Assembly (NCBI GenBank): GCA_964248365.1
Contig: CAXTYC010000002.1
Span: 230,547-294,546, forward strand
Reading direction: 5' to 3'
DNA length: 64,000 nucleotides
DNA from: an uncultured Chroococcidiopsis sp.
GTDB taxonomy: Bacteria; Cyanobacteriota; Cyanobacteriia; Cyanobacteriales; Chroococcidiopsidaceae
Part shown: piece by piece, positions 58,536 through 64,000 of the stretch
Numbering within the stretch: the first letter of the stretch is position 1
Layout: the number at the start of each line of letters is the position of its first letter
Notes under the pieces: model-generated
The model's input: only the letters and a program-made list of their open reading frames with translations
Told to the model about the DNA's origin: nothing
Databases searched by the model: none
Position numbers and translations under genes: made by a program

Positions 58536-60182
58536 TCATACTTTGACGGTAGCTGGTTCTAAGGTGGCGATTAACTTCACACCAAATTCAGCCTCGAACG
58601 GCGCTTTTTTGTAATCCAAACTCCACAGTTCTAGAGCGCAGTCTTCATCGGGTTGAGATAGTTGCAAGTGCAAGTACAATTCCCTTTCTTCTGGACGGTA
58701 TTCACATTCTACTTGCCCCACTGCACCAATTTGACGGCGATCGAGAGCAACAGCTATTCTAAGCAAAGCACTCAATTGATTGACTATCTGCCGATGCTCT
58801 TTACTGGGCAAGTTGCGATAGTTCTCATGCTTTTTCTTGGGAGTGCTTTTACGGTGGTAGCGGGCAATATTGGCAATGATTTCAATTTCGGTTTCGGTGT
58901 AGCCTAGTAATTCCCCATTCCGAATTAAATAATAAGAGTGTTTGTGATGGGAAGAATGACTGACAAAATGACCGCAGTTGTGGAGAATTGCAGCTGCCCA
59001 GAGCAGCTCTTGTTCTTCTAAACCGCCTGTGTGTAGTATGCCTTGGGTTTGGTTAAACAACGTCATGGCGAATGTTGCCACGCGATCGCTATATTCTAAA
59101 TTTACCTGGTACTTCTGCGCCGTTTTAATTACACTTCGCTGTCGCACAGAACTTTGATAGCGCAGTCTGTCTTCAATTAAGCCATGACTGAGCATCCAGT
59201 CAACGATTACTCCTTCACGAAGACTTCGCTCACACAATACTAGCGACTCGATTCTCAATAGCGCCATCGCTTCTTGTAGGATCACCGCTCCTGCTAGAAT
59301 AATTTCAGAGCGTCGATCTGCCATCCCTGGAATTGCTGCTCTTTCTGCATTATTCAACTTCCGCAAGCGATTGACTAATTCCCGTAAGTCTTTGAGACTT
59401 AGCTCGTAGCCACTCAGGGGCGAAGGAACTGTACCTAATTTTTCTCTGGCTACAATTGTCGCCAGCGTTTCAATCGTGCCAGCAGTTCCCACCAAACGCG
59501 GCAATTCTTCTGGCTGCAAGTGTGCCTGTAACTCTTCGACAGGGCGCTCTAACATTCCCCGCACATAAGCTTGCAAAAACTGAAACTCGGCGTTGCTGAT
59601 CGGATCTGTACTAATACGTTCAGCAGTTAATCGTACTGCACCTACTTTGGTACTGCTCAAGAAACGCGGTTCATGACTATCACCCAGAATTAACTCTGTC
59701 GAACCACCGCCAATATCAATAATGATATGAGGATGATTGTTGAATTCCATCCCCGACAGCACACCTAGATAAATGCGACGGGCTTCTTCTTGTCCTGAAA
59801 TCAAGTCAACGCTCAAACCCAAGTGAGCTTCTATCTGTTGCAAAAAATCTCTACCATTGGGGGCTTCCCGCACGGCGCTGGTTGCAACAGCAATGATCGA
59901 TTGTGCGTTTAGACTTTTAGCAATTTCTAGGAACCGCTGCAAGGTGGCGATCGCTCGTTCCATCACTTCTGGTTTGAGTTCTCCAGTTTCCGAGTGGCGA
60001 TCGCCTAATCTAACAGTATCTTTCTCTCTGTCAATAATACTAAAAGCTGGCAGCGTCGGTTCAACCCGCACTACTACCATATGTAGGGAATTAGTCCCTA
60101 AATCAATAGCAGCCAGAATTTGTTCTTTGTCTATTACTTGAGTTGGAATACTCAGCCAACTGGTAGAAATTGAATTAACCAT
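58536..60182 (-). CDS. ppx: Ppx/GppA exopolyphosphatase
   Basis: AAIDLGTNS, ATSAVREAPN, ISGQEEAR, DIGGGSTE, SLREG, C-terminal HD-like domain. Confidence 0.93.
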   Translation of the reverse strand: MVNSISTSWLSIPTQVIDKEQILAAIDLGTNSLHMVVVRVEPTLPAFSIIDREKDTVRLGDRHSETGELKPEVMERAIATLQRFLEIAKSLNAQSIIAVATSAVREAPNGRDFLQQIEAHLGLSVDLISGQEEARRIYLGVLSGMEFNNHPHIIIDIGGGSTELILGDSHEPRFLSSTKVGAVRLTAERISTDPISNAEFQFLQAYVRGMLERPVEELQAHLQPEELPRLVGTAGTIETLATIVAREKLGTVPSPLSGYELSLKDLRELVNRLRKLNNAERAAIPGMADRRSEIILAGAVILQEAMALLRIESLVLCERSLREGVIVDWMLSHGLIEDRLRYQSSVRQRSVIKTAQKYQVNLEYSDRVATFAMTLFNQTQGILHTGGLEEQELLWAAAILHNCGHFVSHSSHHKHSYYLIRNGELLGYTETEIEIIANIARYHRKSTPKKKHENYRNLPSKEHRQIVNQLSALLRIAVALDRRQIGAVGQVECEYRPEERELYLHLQLSQPDEDCALELWSLDYKKAPFEAEFGVKLIATLEPATVKV

Positions 60183-60357
60183 CTAGATGTATTAGCGTTG
60201 TCAACCAGCGCCCTGGTGTAGAAAAATAAAATATTCTATAAACTGTTAGCTGTTAGCTGGCTTGGTAACTGGTAGTTGGTAATTGCGCGCCTGGTAACTG
60301 ATAACTGGTAACTGGTCACTGATAACTGATAACTGTATATAGTTATTTTTCCATATT

Positions 60358-61245
60358 ATGCTTACCCAGCAAGAAGATAATTCCGAACCGATTTGGCTTA
60401 CTATCATTCGACTTTTACGATGGGATAAGCCAGAAGGACGCTTGATTTTGATGCTACCTGCTCTGTGGGCTGTGTTTTTAGCCGCACGGGGAATGCCACC
60501 ATTACCCCTAGTAGGTGTAATTGTGCTGGGTACTTTTGCTACCAGTGCAGCTGGTTGCGTTGTGAATGATTTGTGGGATAGGGATATCGATCCGCAAGTG
60601 GAAAGAACACGTAAGCGCCCCCTCGCTTCCCGCGCCCTTTCGCTTAAAGTCGGTATAGTTGTAGCTTTGATAGCTTTGTGTTGCGCTTTTGGTTTATCGC
60701 TTTATCTCAATGGGTTGTCTTTTTGGCTATGTGTGGCAGCCGTCCCAGTGATTTTGTTGTATCCTGGGGCAAAGCGGGTATTTCCCGTTCCCCAGCTGGT
60801 GCTTTCGATCGCTTGGGGATTTGCTGTATTGATTAGCTGGAGTGCAGCTAATGCCAGTTTAGAACAATCTACCTGGCTACTATGGGGCGCAACTATTTTC
60901 TGGACTTTGGGATTTGATACGGTTTACGCTATGAGCGATCGCGCTGACGATCAACGCATTGGAATTAACTCTAGCGCTTTATTCTTTGGTAAATATGCCC
61001 CCGAAGCGATCGGTATTTTCTTTGCTGGTACAGTGTTTTTACTAGCGAGGCTGGGCATAGTAATGCAGTTACATCTGGCTTTTTGGATAGCCCTAGCACT
61101 TGCTACTCTCGCTTGGATTTGGCAGTATATCCGACTGCGCAATTCACAGCTTCCCAATTGGGCTTATGCTCAGATGTTTCGTCAGAATGTTTGGATTGGT
61201 TTTCTGTTACTTGCTGGAATGATTGCTGGAAGTTTAAACTTTTGA
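60358..61245 (+). CDS. plqA: 4-hydroxybenzoate solanesyltransferase (UbiA family, plastoquinone pathway)
   Basis: LLRWDKPEG, NDLWDRDIDPQVERT..RPLAS, YPGAKR, FDTVYAMSDRADD. Confidence 0.85.
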   Translation: MLTQQEDNSEPIWLTIIRLLRWDKPEGRLILMLPALWAVFLAARGMPPLPLVGVIVLGTFATSAAGCVVNDLWDRDIDPQVERTRKRPLASRALSLKVGIVVALIALCCAFGLSLYLNGLSFWLCVAAVPVILLYPGAKRVFPVPQLVLSIAWGFAVLISWSAANASLEQSTWLLWGATIFWTLGFDTVYAMSDRADDQRIGINSSALFFGKYAPEAIGIFFAGTVFLLARLGIVMQLHLAFWIALALATLAWIWQYIRLRNSQLPNWAYAQMFRQNVWIGFLLLAGMIAGSLNF

Positions 61246-61722
61246 ACTAACTAATCTGAGAAACTTTATCTTCGAGTTTATTAATCCACCTTTTGCGATC
61301 GCAAGTGCCTAATTACCAAACCACAAAAAATCAAATTGCCGATGAGATAACGTTTCCACAACAAAGCTGGTTCCATATCAGGTCTGTTGAAATTATCGAC
61401 TATGAGCGTACCCAACAAAATACTACCTAAGAACTCCACTCCCATCAGCTAGCAGCAAATCACTATGCTCTCATGCTTTAGTTAGCTTGGAATGTTTAGC
61501 TGCTGTTACTATTGTGTGAGCATTAGCATAATAATCACGACCACCCTGCCGCTGAAGTAACCTTTGTAGCAAAATCTTAATCGCCTCGTTTTTAGACATT
61601 TGATGAAAACAGATGTTCAGAAGACTTACTGTATCAGTTATGTGCTACCTCAGCTTTAAGAACTGTTGCTGGTTAAGCTATCTCTAAAAGACAGTTATTG
61701 TAATGGAAGTTGATAAAATTTA

Positions 61723-62211
61723 ATGAAAAAAATTCTGATTGGAGTGATGGGAAAGGGAGACAAGGCGACAGCAACTGATTGCCAAAATGCCCACGAACTA
61801 GGAAAACTGATTGCTCAGCAAGGATGGGTTTTGCTAACTGGAGGTAGAAATGTTGGGGTGATGGATGCAGCAAGTCTGGGCGCAAAAGCTGCAAATGGTT
61901 TAACAGTTGGCATTCTGCCAGAAAATGACACTAGTGCTATTTCACAAGCAGTTGATATTGCCATTATTACTGGCATGGGCAATGCTCGAAATAATATTAA
62001 TGTTCTCTCTAGTGACGTTATTATTGCTTGTGGGATGGGTGCAGGTACTGCGTCGGAAATTGCCCTAGCTTTGAAAGCAAACAAGAAAGTTATCTTATTA
62101 AATAGCGATGAACAAAGCAAAAGTTTTTTCCAGCACCTAGCTTCAGAAAATGTTTACACTACTAACAATCCGAGCGAAGCGATTAAAATTGTCCAGAAAA
62201 TTTTATCCTAA
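61723..62211 (+). CDS. TIGR00725/LOG-like Rossmann-fold protein
   Basis: IGVMG, LLTGG..GVMDAAS.GAK, TVGILP, TGMGNARNNINV, GAGTASEIALAL. Confidence 0.88.
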   Translation: MKKILIGVMGKGDKATATDCQNAHELGKLIAQQGWVLLTGGRNVGVMDAASLGAKAANGLTVGILPENDTSAISQAVDIAIITGMGNARNNINVLSSDVIIACGMGAGTASEIALALKANKKVILLNSDEQSKSFFQHLASENVYTTNNPSEAIKIVQKILS

Positions 62212-62943
62212 AATTATTAGATAGATTGTATAAATTATTTCATGTCCAGGGGCAAGATTGGATTTAACAGCGAGCTAGTAGATTGCGATCGCGCGACCGC
62301 CCTAGTTGACAAGGTGGGCAAGATCTGATATCTAAATACCCAATGCACAATTTAGCATCTGGTAATCAAAAATACATTAATATTTACACTAAGATGTTAA
62401 TATTTTTTTCATACTAGGGGTAGAAGTAAAGGGAAACCGAATACTATATCTTAAAAAGTGCTATTTGATACTTTAATCTACGGAGGTCACTAAGCCCGAA
62501 AATACACTGTGAAAAGTTTTATACAAAAACCCTTGGGAGAGTCTAAACTAATAAAGTAGTTCAAATTGGGTAGTTCGCTAATTTTATTTTACTATGAACC
62601 TAGTGTTAAACTGGGCTTCAAATAAATAAACCTGGAAAGACGTAACACTGCTACGTCTACTATACTCTTGAGCAGCGAAGCCCAAAGAGTATTACCCGAT
62701 GAAAAATAGAGATGAAATGATTAGTAAGGAACCAATAGAAACCTTTTCAATCATTTCTAGTGGTAAAAGAATTGCCAAATAAAGTTTATTGACCCTGATT
62801 TGAAATTGCTGTATAAGCAAATAAGATTTAGAGGATATTTTCGTCAAAAAAATGGTAATAGAACTGTTAATTCAAGCGATTCTATCTAGCCAGAAGGGAT
62901 TTTTATTACGGAAGTCAAAAAATTAAAGGGTGGAATATTTGTG

Positions 62944-64000
62944 ATGTTCGACTACCTGATTGTTGGAGCAGGATTTGCCGGAAGCGTCCTCGCCGAGAGG
63001 TTAGCAAGTCAAAAGAATAAGAAAATTCTGATTATAGATACGCGATCGCACATTGCCGGAAACGCCTACGATCACTACAACGAAGATGGTATCCTTGTAC
63101 ATAAATACGGACCACACATCTTTCACACCAACTCCCGCGATGTCTTCGAGTACCTTTCACAATTTACCGAGTGGCGCTCCTACGAACACCGCGTACTTGC
63201 TAGCGTAGATGGTCAACTTGTTCCCATCCCCATCAATCTCGATACGATTAACAAACTCTACGGACTCAATCTCACGTCGTTTCAGCTAGAAGAATTTTTC
63301 GCGTCGGTAGCTGAACCTAAAGAGTACATCCGCACCTCAGAGGATGTAGTGGTAAGTAGAGTTGGTCGAGAACTTTACGAAAAGTTTTTCCGAGGCTATA
63401 CTCGCAAGCAATGGGACATTGATCCCTCTGAACTCGACAAATCTGTTACAGCGCGAGTCGCCACCCGTACTAACCGCGATGACCGCTATTTTACAGATAC
63501 CTATCAAGCTATGCCACTACACGGCTATACGCGGATGTTCGAGAATATGCTATCTCACCCCAATATCAAGATCATGCTCAATACCGACTATCGGGAAATT
63601 GTGGATGTGATAGCATACCGTGAGATGATTTATACAGGTCCAATCGATCTATTCTTCGATTATCGCTACGGCAAGCTACCTTACCGCTCACTGGAATTTA
63701 AGCACGAGACACTTAACCAACCCCTACATCAACCAGTAGCCGTAGTGAACTACCCCAACCAACACTTATATACCCGCGTCACAGAGTTCAAATACCTCAC
63801 CGGACAAGAGCATCCGAAAACTAGCATCGTCTACGAGTACCCCCGCGCCGAAGGAGATCCCTATTACCCTGTACCGCGTCCAGAGAATGCCGAACTTTAC
63901 AAGAAATACAAAGCTCTAGCTGATGCAACTCCAGGTGTACATTTCGTCGGACGACTAGCAACCTACAAGTATTACAACATGGATCAAGTTGTAGCTCAGG
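62944..64000 (+). CDS. glf: UDP-galactopyranose mutase (3'-truncated by window edge; absent from ORF track)
   Basis: Manual translation from ATG 62944: MFDYLIVGAGFAGSVLAERLASQ...HIAGNAYD...HKYGPHIFHTN...GDPYYP...GRLATYKYYNMDQVVAQ, open to the window end. Confidence 0.95.
   Translation, partial: MFDYLIVGAGFAGSVLAERLASQKNKKILIIDTRSHIAGNAYDHYNEDGILVHKYGPHIFHTNSRDVFEYLSQFTEWRSYEHRVLASVDGQLVPIPINLDTINKLYGLNLTSFQLEEFFASVAEPKEYIRTSEDVVVSRVGRELYEKFFRGYTRKQWDIDPSELDKSVTARVATRTNRDDRYFTDTYQAMPLHGYTRMFENMLSHPNIKIMLNTDYREIVDVIAYREMIYTGPIDLFFDYRYGKLPYRSLEFKHETLNQPLHQPVAVVNYPNQHLYTRVTEFKYLTGQEHPKTSIVYEYPRAEGDPYYPVPRPENAELYKKYKALADATPGVHFVGRLATYKYYNMDQVVAQ

Larger units (their letters stand above)
1..64000. 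repeat. HIP1 (highly iterated palindrome 1, GCGATCGC) dispersed through the window
   Basis: Many copies in coding and intergenic DNA, e.g. 22806, 36359, 42029, 42786, 50860, 52693. Confidence 0.95.

Noticed and set aside
61281..61445. 54-aa minus-strand ORF MGVEFLGSILLGTLIVDN...RSQKVD
   Set aside because: It is short, has an in-frame stop two codons upstream, no clear RBS and no family recognised. It could be a gene remnant but is unsupported.
62212..62943. ncRNA or small gene in the 730-nt AT-rich region before glf
   Set aside because: No tRNA-like fold, strong stem or credible ORF was found by eye; it is most simply a promoter region.
63362..63610. 82-aa plus-strand ORF
   Set aside because: Alternative frame inside glf.

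Overview
A 64-kb cyanobacterial chromosomal window. The lineage is indicated by split rpoC1/rpoC2, psbV/psbV2, abundant HIP1 (GCGATCGC) octamers and STRR-type heptamer repeats. Most of it is core genome: rpsT-tatD-rpoB-rpoC1-rpoC2, hisD, truB, psbV-psbV2, accD, pilD, leuB, sucCD, mlaE-DUF3119-DUF3086-plsY, ppx, a UbiA-family prenyltransferase, and a glf gene running off the right edge that the ORF track missed. Accessory genes include three Uma2 nucleases, a secreted 7-bladed SBBP propeller protein, an AT-rich secreted orphan and a small Pro/acidic peptide. The standout locus is at 48.8-54.2 kb (minus strand): an arsenosugar-type arsM-arsS-TVP38/DedA cassette with an 859-aa Tat-signal, [4Fe-4S]/Mo-bisPGD DMSO-reductase-family enzyme between arsM and arsS. 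No electron-transfer or anchor subunit is encoded nearby, so this is a candidate undescribed redox step in organoarsenic metabolism. Intergenic DNA carries several small repeat families: mirror-nested STRR arrays that often supply stop codons, GTAG-type REP palindromes, and a ~150-175-nt four-hairpin element with AGATCTTGC ends whose structure is conserved while its sequence is not. No rRNA, tRNA, CRISPR array or transposase was recognised. All calls come from reading the sequence by eye; no searches were run.
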